A stretch of DNA of 64,000 nucleotides from NCBI GenBank assembly GCA_029953675.1, contig JAMWBK010000001.1, positions 2,108,001-2,172,000 on the forward strand. The letters run 5' to 3'. The position numbers and the translations under genes are program-made. This DNA is from Rhodosorus marinus CCMP1338 (taxonomy: Eukaryota > Plantae > Rhodophyta). A model generated the notes under the pieces. It was given only the letters and a program-made list of their open reading frames with translations. It did not search any database and had not been told where the DNA came from. Below are positions 27,026 to 43,225 of this stretch, piece after piece. Position 1 is the first letter of the stretch. Each line of letters opens with the position of its first letter.

Positions 27026-27085
27026 CTCAATGCAAGAACAGGCGCGCATGTGATGTATCTGATGCGCGCCTGTTCTTGCATTGAG
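27026..27085. repeat. Perfect 24-bp inverted repeat with 12-nt loop
   Basis: CTCAATGCAAGAACAGGCGCGCAT (27026-27049) / GTGATGTATCTG / ATGCGCGCCTGTTCTTGCATTGAG (27062-27085). Confidence 0.97.
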
Positions 27086-29030
27086 ATTACGGGCAACCAT
27101 TGCAACGCCAAGACAGAGCCCATCACCTGGGCTGACTGGAACTGCAAACGGTACACAACGCTTCGCTTGTATATGGTCGCACAAACTACGCCAATCAAAG
27201 GTCAACAATCCCGAATCTCATGTAGAAAGCGATTCCGGAAGAAAATCTAAACCATCGCTTTCAGATATGCGATTTGATCATCTTCACCCCTGCGTCTCCA
27301 AACACATATCAACGACTGGTGCACAGAGAATCCAGCATCACGGCGGTGTGCAAAAATTCAATGCATTTCATAAAACCAACTGCTTGCCAGCTCCGGAGAA
27401 TCTTAAAACGACGAATTGGGCCAATTACAAATCTCAATGCCTCGGAAGCCAGCCCAAGGGCGGACTACTAGTGTAAACCCATCATTCTCACCGGCTGTGG
27501 TTGGGGATATCTTAAACATGGGCATGATTCAGGAAGCCCCTCAACGGTGGATCATCTTGCGATTCTTATGGAAGAGAGATAGGTAGTAGTCACACCATCC
27601 TCAGCTGAGTCTCAAGTCGCCAAGGACAAAGCCATAGCTCAAATCCCATCACCCACCATCATTCCCTTCATCATCCACAGAAAAAAAAGAAGAAACCATC
27701 CCCCATTTCGCCAGAGCATTCAAATCCCCAAGAACATCTCTCTATTTCCTGAAATATCAGTCTGAACACTGACGTCCTCAAAATCTAACTGCTTCCACCT
27801 CCCCCTAAGTCGTGCTCACCACTTACCCTTCTATCAAACAAATCAAAAAAGACAACCACGAACCTCAAACCCCCAAATCAAAATTATTAAAGGCCTCTTT
27901 TTTCATTCTCCTTCTACATAATCTCACCGTTACCCCTTAGGACTACGAGAGTTTACTCTCCTTTGCAATGTATCCATTGCAACACCCCACACCCCCCCTC
28001 TACCTTCTCCTTCCCTTTGGGTTTAGGGTTAATTTTTTTGATGGGGTGGATCTTTCGGGGAAACGCCTAAAAATATGGATTATTCAAACCGGTATCTTAA
28101 AATGGGGTTTTTTGGCATTTAAGGAAATGAATTCTGTCCAGATAATCTCCACGGATTTAACCATCTCGAGTTCCCATTGGTTACTAACGTCAAATTATAT
28201 TCAAAAAAGAAAAAAGGTCGACTCCGATCCAACAGCTATTCCCCGAACACCGTTGTAGACCATACGTTCATCCCCTTCGATCACCGAAAAAAAAGTTTCC
28301 TATCCATAGATCTTGTTAAATTTCACAAATTATCAGAAGGAAATGTGGAACGGCAATGAGAATACAAACTACCCCCCTGTTGGAATACCAATAAATGTTC
28401 AACCCCTCAATTATATTTGATTTTAACCTTTTCCCTTTTTCAGATATCCTTCCGTGAATTTAATTCCAATTTTCAACTAACCCAGATTTCTTTTTCTTTG
28501 TGTGGAAGCCTCGGATTTCTTCCAACTCACCCCCGTGATAAACTTCTACCCGGTTTTTTAGATTAAAAAGGCGTATCTTTTTTCTTTGTAAGGGGGGAAG
28601 AGGAGGGAGATAGGAATGCGAGGCAATCGATGGTTTCGTTCGAGGGGGGAAGGTTGTTGGCGAATGGTACATGGCTGTCATCATGAATTTATGAATTGTG
28701 TTAGTTTTTGATGGGCCAAAACGGAATTTTTTAGGTTTCTGGGCGAGTGTTCAGTTTCCTTTTTTGTTCTTTTTGGGCATGTTGTGAGGATGCGCAGTTT
28801 TTGCGTGCTTCAGTTTTTGCGTGCTTCAGCTCTCCCGAAGAGACAGAGAGTCAGTCAGAGAGACAGACCGAACAGAGTGAAGAGAAAAAGGGAATGTGTG
28901 TGTGTGTGGGAGGGCTGTGGCGGGATCGGATATACGATTGCAATGTGATTTTGTGTTCGGTGTTAGTAATAGAAACCTTGTGGAGGGAGGGACGGCATCT
29001 CGAGAGCAAGGTCGGTTAGGGAGTGGAAGA

Positions 29031-29054
29031 TGTGTGTGTGTGTGTGTGTGTGTG
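29031..29054 (+). repeat. (TG)12 microsatellite in the leader upstream of the PI4K gene
   Basis: Directly visible. Confidence 0.95.
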
Positions 29055-29798
29055 TTTCCAGAGAGAGGAGGCTAGGGAGGAGAGGGGAAAAGCTGCTGGA
29101 GCTTTTTGACATTCACGATTAATAGCTGTTGATCGGGAGAGCCGGGAGTGTAGAGGAGGAGCTGTGCTGGTGATATACACCGTCTTATTGTCAGTGCTCT
29201 TTTCACCCCGTGCCGCTGGCTTTTGTTTTCGGCGAAGGTTGTTGGGGGAGACCTAACGGGAGAGCGAAAGGGCGTTGCTGACACCGGTGCGAATACGCGG
29301 GCATGTAGATGAGGGTTTCGTGAGCGGTGGTCTTCTGTTGGGAGGTTTTGGTCCGAATGGGCAGGTAGAATATTTGGCTTTTGTGTACCTGGCTGCTTTG
29401 TATGTTGTTGGACTCGGCTCAAAGCAGCAGTCGTTCTGAGGTTGTGTATCTGTTGAGGGAAGAAAGGCGTTGGAAGGCTAGAAACGTTACGGAGGGGCCA
29501 TAAGGGCCAGCGGTTCGGACGTGAGTAGTGCTTGCTAAGCATCAGACGTTAGAGGAAGCAGTCGGTCAGTGGAACAGCGCAGTCCCCACCTTGTGGAGAA
29601 AGTGTCCTCCTTTTGGATGACGTTTTGCCTCGGGATCCGCAAGTCGAGATGAGCCTCTGTTGACCGCCGTAGTAGGGAGTCGGTTAGTTTTGCGACACCA
29701 CGTGCGCAGCTTCTCTCGTGTATGAGCTTTGAGAGACTGTGCGCACTTTATTGAAAGGTTGAAAGTCCGTGAGGATATACATGTTGCAGTGAGCAAGC

Positions 29799-31532
29799 AT
29801 GGACATTCGGACATGTGCGGAGATAGCACTTCACGTAGCGGAGGAGGATATCAGGAGAACTTTTCCTATGCGAACGTCACCAGTCTCCGTTGGGCAGGAG
29901 TCTACCAACGGTCCTGTCGACATCCCTGGGGCTGAAGTTTCAGCCTACGACGATGATTTCCTCGAGAAAGACGTTGAGAACGAGTCGGTTGATGAGGAAG
30001 AGCTGTTTAAGGCTACTTCATTGCCATGCGGGGCAAGCCTCGATCAAGGGTATCTTGAAGTTGATCAGCACTCTCTAATTTCCACCTCTTTATCCTCGCG
30101 GATAGAACTGGAGGTTACCTCGAAGACTTTAAAGCAATGGAAGCGCACCCAAACGTCGGAGGAAGCTGCTTATCAGACATGGGATTTTTCTGAGGTGGCT
30201 GATGCTGTGGATAGTACTGCCTCTATGTTGTCCGAAGGAAGGGTATGCACGTCGGAGCACTAGTCCGAAGCTGTTTCGATCCTTGGTTGACACTTTTGCT
30301 TTCTTTGTTTGTGGTTTCGCCCAGATACAAACGGCCATTCCTGAAAGAACAGGAGTATCGGGAACGTACTTCTTCCGAAAGGTAGACTCCTCAGCAAACG
30401 TCTTAGGGGTATTCAAACCAGCGGATGAAGAGGTTCAGCTAGAGACAACGGATCTTGACTCAGCGAAAAGCTCTGCGTCTGTTCTTAAGTACATACGGCA
30501 CTCATTTCACTCCGGTGAGGGATTGTACAAGGAACAAGCCGCGTACCTCCTCGACCACGAACGGTTCGTAGTTCCCAACACCGTGAAACATGCTTCCCTG
30601 CCTACAGTAGCTAATGTTGGGGAAGCGTTCTTGTACGTCTCGCCAGCTTTAGCAAGGTCCCTCAGACAACCATCGCGCGTTGTGACATCACAATGAATGA
30701 TGGTCGAACGAAGAAGACGAAGACAGGGGCTTTTCAGGTTTACGTGGAGAACGTTGGCGACACGGACGACTACGGACCTGGAGTCTTTTGTGTTGAAGAC
30801 GTGCAAAGAATTGCAATAATGGATATCCGAACCTTGAATTGCGATCGGCACGCTGGCAACATACTTGTGTGCAAGAATGGGTACGCCTGACCCAGGCACC
30901 TAACCAGAACCGTTTGAGCTGCTCTTTGTTTTTTCCTGACTTGTTTGCTTTTGCGTCGTACAGTTCCCAAGACACCAAGAAATACGGTTTGGTTCCAATC
31001 GATCATGGATACATTCTGCCAGATCGGATCGTCGCCTGTCCGTGGCCAGCTTGGATGGACTGGCCTCAATCCCGGCAGCCTCTTAGCAACGAGGCCAAGG
31101 AGTACGTTTCAATCTTTTCCGGGGGCAGCAGGAAATTATCTTGAGCTAATTGCAGACTTTGTCTCTAATAATAGTTATGCGTCCAGGCTCGATGGTGAGC
31201 ATGATGCTCACATGCTGAAAGAGCAGCTCAAAGGTGCTATCAATGATGGCTCATTCTGCACGCTCAAGATTGGAACCCTTTTGTTGACTAAAGGAGTTGA
31301 GAAGGGACTATCCCTCTTCGACATTGGGAGTCTCGTCTTTGTAAAGGATCCCAAGGACTCTTCTTTCCTCGAAAAGACCTGGAATGAGGCGTATAGCGTT
31401 GGCTACGCCAGGCAAGCTCGACGCGCATGCAACGGAGCTGGATCAGACTTCGTCGGTGACAACTACTTGTATGCGAACATTGCGGAACACAGCGCTCTCC
31501 TGCCCGAAACTGAGTCCTTTATTATCAAGTAA
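29799..31532 (+). CDS. Type II (gamma-like) phosphatidylinositol 4-kinase
   Basis: Spliced: GVSGTYFF, LGVFKPADEE, GEGLYKEQAAYLLDHE|RFSKVPQT, GAFQVYVEN, IRTLNCDRHAGNILV, LVPIDHGYILP, WMDWPQ, TLKIGTLLL. Start codon not certain. Confidence 0.9.
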
Positions 31533-32156
31533 GCATTACAGCCGGTCACATGCCCTGAGGAGGTCACCGATGACTAAGTATTTCCTTGCTCGAGTAAACA
31601 GGTACACTGCTCGGTTGATTGGTGCGAAGGTGGAATCACTCGCTACTCGGTCTGCCAAGTTGGATCGGGTCCGAAGTACCCCGCTGCTGAGTGCTTTATC
31701 CTAGCACTCTCTCTTTCGTAGCAAGGGTGAATAGCAATGCATCCATCCTTTGGGCTTGAGACCACATGTAATTTTTCTTCATTCGCTGTACTCTTGGGGA
31801 AACGCGCGTGCAAGAGCATTGAGAGCGAAGCGCAACTGCGTCGAACGTAGATAAAGAACGAACGCACGAAATCAGGCTTTCGAAAAGCTTTCGTCTATGG
31901 CGGCCTCTCTGCACAATGGAGAACGGGTTTTATTATAGCGAGGTGCCGTATGTACCGGGAGTTAGATATTTTCTAGTTTCTTGTCGAAGGCTTCGTCACA
32001 AAGGCTCCTCTGCCGTTCCTCCGTTCCAATGCTGCGAATCAAAAAGTCAAGGTTTTCTCTCAAGCGTTCTTCCTATATGCGAGTTGTACCACGATTACGA
32101 CCGGACAAGCACAACTTGAAAGGCTTTTACAGTCCCACGGACAGACCAACCTCTGT

Positions 32157-33277
32157 TCATGCCTCCGCCTCCTCTTCTTCCTCCTCGCTACTGTTGTTGT
32201 TTCCCCCAGCATTGGTGTAGCCTTCGTTTTCTGCCTCTGCCTCTTTCATCAGAGTCTTAAGCAGCTTTTCATCCTTGTCGGAAACAGTTGCAGGCTGAAG
32301 GAATGGAAATTGGGACGACGGACAAAGACTTGAGTATGAGCTGGAGTAGCTGACAGAATTTTCTTCCAAATGAGAGAGCACGACATTCCAACTTACCTCG
32401 CTCTTGAGACTAAATCGTCCTCCACGTTTCTGAATTTCCTCATCCACCACTTTGAGCGCATCGTTGAGCAGCTGGATACCCTCGGCTTTCTGGAAGGATG
32501 TCGCGTTGATAACGTACTGGGGCGCAGCAACTATTCTAACCTTAACCTGCGCCTCCTCCGGAGCTGAAGCTTCTGCCTTCCGAAGTGACTCTTTAATCGC
32601 GTGGATTCCGTCGAAGGCGTGGCATTCAACCTATTCCCGAGTGTAGCGACACACACGCAAGCAAACGAGTCAGGATCAGGCTTGCTACGCACCTGGATAA
32701 GCCATCTTACCTCAAAGTCTGCACGGAACTTGATCGCATGCGCAGTGAGTTTCTTGCTGACGTTCTTCAGGAGCTCCTCACGCTCGTAGTCGGGGATATC
32801 TATCCCTTCGAGCGCATCATCTGCATCAGATGCTGCTAATCTAAAGCCGTCAAAGGCGTGCCCGTACTTGCGATACATTGGCCAACCCCACTGAACGTAC
32901 AGGTCCTCCAAATCTCTCCCAACTGTTTCTGCAATGTGGCGCATGATCGAATGCACCGTCCTACCCTTATTCCATTTGTCTTCCATATACGCAATATCGG
33001 TAGGAGCTACTCGACGTTTTGAAAGATCGATGTATCCCATCTCCTTATCCACCCTCACCACAGCCAAAACTACGTTCCTTCCCACCCTCAGCTCCTTGTG
33101 AATGGATCGAATACGCTTCCGAGAGAGCTCCGAAAGCATGATCATTCCCTCACACTTATTATACTCCAACAATTGAACGTAGATACCCATTTCCTTGATA
33201 TCCGTCACCAAAGCCATCACGATCTCATCCGGCTCAGGATATTTATTCTCATACATCCGACATTCTAAAACCACCAT
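32157..33277 (-). CDS. EIF2S1: Translation initiation factor eIF2 alpha (divergent at several conserved sites)
   Basis: CRMYENKYPE, EMGIYVQLLEY, EGMIMLSELSRKRIRSI (Ser51 equivalent), VDKEMGYIDLSKRRV, TVHSIMRH, YGHAFDGF; three exons, acidic tail. Confidence 0.95.
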
Positions 33278-35802
33278 TTTCGACCAGTTTCCCTTCTCAA
33301 AACTTAGCAATACAAATAATCCACTCTCCCAAACTTGCAAAGCACAGATACACACCTCCTCTTCCTCCCCTCACCCACACCTAAAATGTCACCCACCTTC
33401 CCTTGGATCCCCTTCTCCTTTCCTTAGTCCACAAAAGCCTAATCAAACGATAACCCCAATCCAACCCGTCAACCTCCTTTTACGACCCTAACCTGCTCCC
33501 CCAACCCTTTCTCTGCCCCAAATCCCTTCCTCCTCCTTCCTCCTCCCACCTCAAGCGGCATTCCCAAAGAGGCTCCTCAAACCGCCGTCGACTATCTCAA
33601 AAAATATTCTAAAAACCAAAACAAACGAATAAGTTTACTAAGTCGATTGGAAAGGCTTCTAACGTCCCCCAACCTATAGTAGTACACAATATTTGTTAAT
33701 AGTACATGAAGGTAACCCTGAGGCAAAGGATTTCTTTTCTATTAGTAGTTTGTTAGTATATAGTACTATTTGAGAGTGACAATTGTTTTGTGAATTTTTG
33801 GATTCGCTGGAAAGAGCACGAAAAGAGGTAAAAACGATTGGGGTGAAAATGGTTGTTAGCACCATTGAAATTTCGGAGTAAACAAAGAGGAACCACTATT
33901 GCAGAGTGGAAGAGAGAGCTTAGAACACAATCTAGTGTTCAGATACCGGACGCTCCAGCCTTCAATGCGACATTCGCGATGTTCCTTAGTGATATCAGCT
34001 CGTCCCGCTCTTCCTGAAAGCAAAATCCCTGGTTTCTTTGTATAGAGTGGGGAGATCGTTTTGCCAGTCTGTGGAGTCGCAACGGAGCGTTCTGCGTGTT
34101 TTTTTTCTGGGCGTTGGTGGTCGACGTCGTTGAGATAAAGAATCGGCGTCCACTGAGGTGCTCACAAACGCAGAGGCTTTTTGCAGTCGCCCCTCGCTCA
34201 TCGGTTTGTCCACCAAGATTTAGAGGTCCTTGGATCCTATGATAGGGCTGGGGTTGGTGCATGAGTAGTACCGCCGCCGCTCTAATGCTCTTTCGTAGCA
34301 GACCTCTTCACGCGGTTGCCGTGTGCCCTCTAGTCTCTCTCTTTACTTCAGCTCCTGAGTGTTCCGCTTAGGATACACAACGAAAAGAAAAATAACACAA
34401 ATCAATCTAGGCTACGGAGCCTCCACATATCCCGTGCAGCACTACTTTCGCAGAAGCAGTGCCTGCTTTACCGGATGTTTTGACCATCGGATGTCCTATC
34501 GCTGCTACTTAGTTGGACGCGCGTCATCAGCGTCCGCCTCTCCCTTCTCATTTTACTGTATAGGTACTTCGCGGAGTAGCTACGCCACGAATTAAGAGAC
34601 CAACTGCGGAGTTCAGGAGCTACCTCTTTCTCCGAATCGTCCTCTTTTTCCCACTTTTTTTGGTAAGTTTCGTAAAAGGCAGACGGAAACAAAGGTCAGA
34701 TTCCATCTCCAAATTAAGACAAGCGTCCTTCATTGGCCAACGACATGAAACGCCGACTAATTACTGGACAAAACCATATCCTAAATCCCAATTTATTGGT
34801 TATCGATGCGCATAATCTAATATATAGTTTTTAATCTATGCAAAAGCAAAATATATTCTATTTTTTCAAATATATAACAATGTATTTAAATTTAATATTT
34901 TCTGGGGGGGTCAGATCCTGAACGGTTCAAATTAAATATATTTTCAATGAAACATGCTTCTTCTTTTCTTCTAGTTTTAGGAGAGTGTACGTTTTTGCAG
35001 GGTTGTCAAATTTCGTCCGATTAAAAAAGGTTAGTCTGAATATTAGTACGTGTACTATAATATAAACGAAGTAAATTAGACTATTGCGGATGAAACGTTT
35101 TGAAAATATATGTCTAATAAATGTATTCCAATCAGACATGTTTTGGAAATATTTTCGTTGTAAAACAGATACTTATCTTCATTTATGCAATATTATAAGG
35201 TATTTCTGTCTTATCAGACACTTTTATGACATTTCTTCTTTTTTTTGAGTGAAAAAACGTCTAGCGGAATTGTAGTGTTCGTGAAATAATTTTTTATGTG
35301 TCGATTTTCTTCTTCAAAAATGTTTGTTTCTGGTGCTGGAAAGCTCTGCGAGTTTTCTCTTTGCTGTTTTTTTGTTCGTTTTTTTTTAAAATAGCGTTGC
35401 CTTCTGTGACTGAAGCGTTGTGGTCATACGTCATGATGGATTCCTCATTGTTGATGGGGCACGTCTCTTTTCAAAGTGGATGCGGGTACCAGTGGACAAA
35501 GGTGGTGAGTAGATTTTGGGCCTGGGAAAGAAGAGAAAAGTGAAGGGAGAGAGAGGGGGAGGTGAGGGGAGGGGGATTGAAAGATGACGTAGGAGACAAT
35601 ATGTGAATACTTTGAAATTTGAACGGAAATGGAAGGAAGGCAAATTGTTTACTCGATTTAGAAGGGGGTGGTGTTTGAGGAGGGTTTTTCTTTGTGGGGG
35701 GAGGGTTTTCGTTCTGTGATCTCGGAAGTGCCTTCTGAATGAGATTATCTATCTATATATAAAGATATATAGATATATAGATTTATATAACGGATCTAGA
35801 TT

Positions 35803-37647
35803 ATGTTGAAGTCTAGACGATGGAGTGGGAGAGAAGGAAACTCGACTGGGTTCAGGAGGACGCCGGATGAGCAGTCCTCCACTGAATTAAGCACGAATTC
35901 GACCAGTATTGAAAAGAACCCGTCCTCCCAGATTGGAAATAGTATGCAGTCGAGCAATACCTTTGTGACGTCGTTATTTAGGTCGGCGGATAGTACGCCG
36001 TCGAGTAAGTCCAAGATGAGGAGTGGTACTGGCAACTCGAAGGAGAGGAATTCGAGAAACCGGAGGAAGGATATCGCTTGGGCAAAGGTGAGAGGGGTAC
36101 TGTCATTTCTTGTGCTTTTTCTTTTCGCCTGCGCCCCCGTCGTTCCCGATATAGGCTGTTCCCTCGATCGTTTCTAGTTTCTTTTTGGTCTGAGTGTTCG
36201 GCCTTTGCGAGGGGACATGATCGTATCTGAACATCTTTATCACTCCTGCTTTTCGTTTCAGTCTGTGAATCATGGAAAGCCCCCTGGCACTCGAACGTTC
36301 AAGAACGTCTATTTCAGGCAGAAGTTCCGGGGTCTTGGCGGGTCCATCTGGACTATGAAATTCAACAAATCTGGAACATACTTCGCCGTCGGTGGAGAGT
36401 CTCCAGTTGTCAAGGTCTTCAAAGTCATGGATAGCATTATACGCTCCGAACAGAGGAGCAGTGTCGACGACGCAGATGAGGCAAAACCCTTTTTTGAGCC
36501 AAACCCTGTGCGGGTCTTTGAAGGTCATACGAAGCCAGTAGTTGATCTGGACTGGTCCCAGGCGGTAAGCGTCCACCCCTTTCCCAGATCTATCAAAAAC
36601 TTTGTACATTCTCAACAACCCTGTTTGCGTTTTCGGGTTTTCCCCCGCTGAAGAACTTCCTGCTTACAGCCTCGATGGATACGACAGTCCGCCTATGGCA
36701 CTCCGCAAGAGGCGAGTGTTTGCGCATCTTCAAGCACGGTGACGTGGTCTCCTCGGTCGTGTTTCATCCTTGTGATAACATAACCTTCCTCACAGGATGC
36801 TTTAACGGTAAGCTGCAGATGTGGTCCATGGTACAGAGCTCGAGCGTATGCGCAGCAAATGCCGAGGACTATATCAGCAGCGCAGCGATCAGTAACGACG
36901 GTCAGAGCGCAATTGTTGGTACGGTAAACGGCCGTGTCAAGTTCTACTCTATGCGGAATGAAGTGACAAGGGAGTGGAAACTGAACGACACGACGCAGAT
37001 TGACGTACGACCCGAACGTGCCTTTGAGGTCAGAATAGGATCAGAGGATGGAGTGAAGAGGGACCTTTCCAAGAAAGTTTGCGCAATCGTTCCTTCCCCA
37101 TCAGATAAGGAGGTAATTCAGTACCGTATAAATTACCTGAAAAAAACGAGATAGTGTCTACCCGTACCTCTTTTCTAAGCTTTGCTTCACCCTGTTGCTG
37201 CAGATCTTGATCACAACAAACGATGCGCACGTGAGAACCTACATGAAGAACGACAAGTCCCTCACACGGCTCTATAAGGGACACGTAGCTGTGAACAACT
37301 CCCTTAGAGGAACCTACAGCAACGACGAGCGGTTTCTGATGAGCCCCCTGGGGAAAGTGTTGTCGATATGGGACAAGAACGAGGCCGGGGTCATCCTGAC
37401 AAAGGGAAGGAACCGTGTTGAGGTCGTACATGCATACGAAGCTATTACCCTTGAGGATGAAAGGGCAAACAGCAAGGAGAAGCTCACTGGAGCATTGTTT
37501 GCACCGAGCTCGGACCACACCGATACTGGAAATTATACGATTGTCACAGCGTCGTCGGGAGGGACAATAACTGTGCTACAGAGGGCGAATCTGGATAATG
37601 AAGTTCATAGACCAAACCCGGAGGAAGGCGGGCTCCAGCGGCGATGA
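35803..37647 (+). CDS. WD40-repeat protein, WDR44 (Rab11-binding protein)-like
   Basis: SIWTMKFNKSGTYFAVGG, VFEGHTKPVVDLDWS, LLTASMDTTVRLWH, CLRIFKHGDVVSSVVFHP, FLTGCFNGKLQMW, ILITTNDAHVR; four exons. Confidence 0.82.
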
Positions 37648-37843
37648 AAGTGTTTTTTTCTTTTGTATAGATCCCATCTCACCATCTAGGACTACCAAAA
37701 GTGTTCGAAACATCTAGGGTCGGTGGCAGGGTATAGTACATTGTTGAGCATACTGCTAGTGTACAGATCATTCTTATGTCGAGTTGTTAGAAAAAAAGAG
37801 TTTTGAAGTGCAGTCGAGCAACCGGATGTTTAGTGCCGCAGTC

Positions 37844-39967
<2,124 letters not shown>

Positions 39968-41495
39968 TCATACTGGACGACGACCAGAGTCAACACCCTC
40001 AAACATGAAAACTAATAACTTTTTCAAAGATTTCGGTAAGATCGGCCATGTTAAGCGGACCAGAAGAATATATCTGAAATTCAAGGTCTGGAATTGGATG
40101 GAGATATCTTGTTTCGTTGAAGATTCCCGAGCTCCAAAGCGTTTCAGGTCGGGGACAGCTGTCCAAGGTTCCCTGGTTGGGTGGGGGGGTGGGGGGAGGG
40201 GGAATTGGTGGCGCGCATGGTGGGTGACCGATCTCACTGATTGTCGAAGTGAGTATATCGGACGTTTCTACTCCGTGGCCCCTGGGCGACCAGGTGCCTT
40301 CCTGCGTCCTCTCGGCGTCGCGGTGCTGCAGCTCAGTCAATGCGGGCTTTCTGTGAGGGCGCTGATCGCTGTCTGTTTTTATGTTTTTTTTGTATTTGTT
40401 TTCCCGATCGCACTCTCTCGCGTTTCCTCTCTTCGTTGAGCTTCGCGATGTCGCGTTTTAATGCTGCCTTGGCCCTAGAGGCTCTCTCTCTTGGTTTATC
40501 TTAGCCTGCTTCCTCTCAGGGTTGTGGTCTGAATAAACGACTCCACTCTTTACGTCCCACGACACGGGAGTGCTTTGATTTAGGGGACATTGTAGGTTTT
40601 CGTTGGCTTTCGTGGCCTCTTTGGTAGCGAATCGGTTCGTCTTGACAGCCTTTTCTCGGAGGGGTCTTTGACTCTCTGGCGTTCGTACGCTGCTTCATTG
40701 TTTGACGCGTGTGATCTGCATCTTGTTTCCCGCTTCTCACCCAAAGATGACGACGAGGGCAAGTTACTATTTATGGCGAAGCAGTTTGGAGGTCTTGAAG
40801 GATCTGAGCAGTAGAATGAGGAGAGTCTGATAACTGCTTATGATCTGGAAAGCTAGATCACTGTTGCCGGTTCGATAGCATGCTCCCAGACGACCCAGCG
40901 GCCCCCATTACCGATTTTGTTTTGCAAACAATCTCTGGAATTTCGCTTACACAAGTTGCTCCAGGATCATTTGGGTCGTCGGGAGGACTCTCGATCGTCG
41001 ATGGATAGCGCCGAGTGATAGAAAACGTTTAAGATATGTGTTCTATGCTCGTTCTCGAGCATCACCCAGGCTCTCTTTCAGAAGCCCGGCGTTTTGTAGG
41101 TGCATTTCTTATGGTGCGTAACGAGACCCCGGGTAAGCGTTCTCCCTGCAAGGACGATGTCTCCGCGAAGTTAAAAAAAAGAGCCATACAGGCACGCATC
41201 GACAGAAAGCTTCTTCGGGTTTACTCTGCCAGTATGGCACTGCGATTTATAAAATGTCGTACAATTTCCTACGGCAAAAAAAGAGGAGGTCGAAATACTC
41301 TGTTCCTCATGCAGTACAAGCGTTCGAGGGAACAAGCAAGTAAATTCCGTTGACCGCGGTCAGGACGGTGTCGGTACACGGCCCGTACTCAGCTAGAGAG
41401 CGACTCCAGTAGGCTTTGCCGGGTCGAATGGCTTTCGTGCAAAACTATAAACTCAAAAAGCCCGAAAGGCAGCAAGGTATTACAAGGTAAACATT

Positions 41496-42486
<991 letters not shown>

Positions 42487-42980
42487 CGCTCGAGAAAAAC
42501 AAACAAACGCTAAAAAAAACAATCAAACAACTGTTCAAACAACTGCCTAACCCAACCTCCCACCGCCCACCGCCCCCCCCCCCCCCGGGCCCACCGCCCC
42601 CCACAAAAACACAAGCCCACTCAACAACTCCAACCCAGCCACTTCACAATCTGTTCCATCTCCTGTTCTTCTGCCTCTCCAACCCCAAAACGTTACCTAT
42701 ATACCCTTTCGAAAACGAATACGCCTTCTCCATCCATACCGACAAAATAGATCCCCTCCCACCAAGTTCGCCCAGCCCCTCTCCCCCATTCCCTCCCTTT
42801 CCCCCCCAACAACAAGACCACCCAAAAATTACACAAAAATGCTATCATTTTTCGTTACCCATTCCCAAACCCCCCCGTTCCACTCTCTTCTTCTTTCCAC
42901 TATCTGGGCTACCTTTCCCGAATTCATTCATTTACACACAGCCCTCGTTCTCACTCCCCCCCTCCACCCCCCCTCAAAAA

Positions 42981-43225
42981 TAATGACTAAATCAATCAAT
43001 ATATATTAATATTTAGTCCACAGAGGCATATTCAGTCATTATTAATCTCTAGGCGTCTTTTTTTGAAGAGGCCCGTTGAAAATTATTATTTCGGGGGTGT
43101 TCCAGTCATTATTGAAAGCCGGGGGGGTTGTTTGCATGGTTTTCTGGGGGGGTGCTGGTGATATCAATCTTTTTCGTGTTTTTGGGTTTGAAAAAGTTTA
43201 GATTTTTTTCTGTAGTCAGTCATTA
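42981..43225. promoter_or_regulatory. Four copies of AGTCATTA/TAATGACT in the AT-rich spacer upstream of Rab11
   Basis: TAATGACT at 42981; AGTCATTA at 43034, 43104, 43218. Function is inferred only. Confidence 0.45.

Noticed and set aside
35750-35775. 11-bp inverted repeat upstream of the WDR44-like start
   Set aside because: Made of low-complexity AT/TATAGA sequence, so chance pairing is likely.
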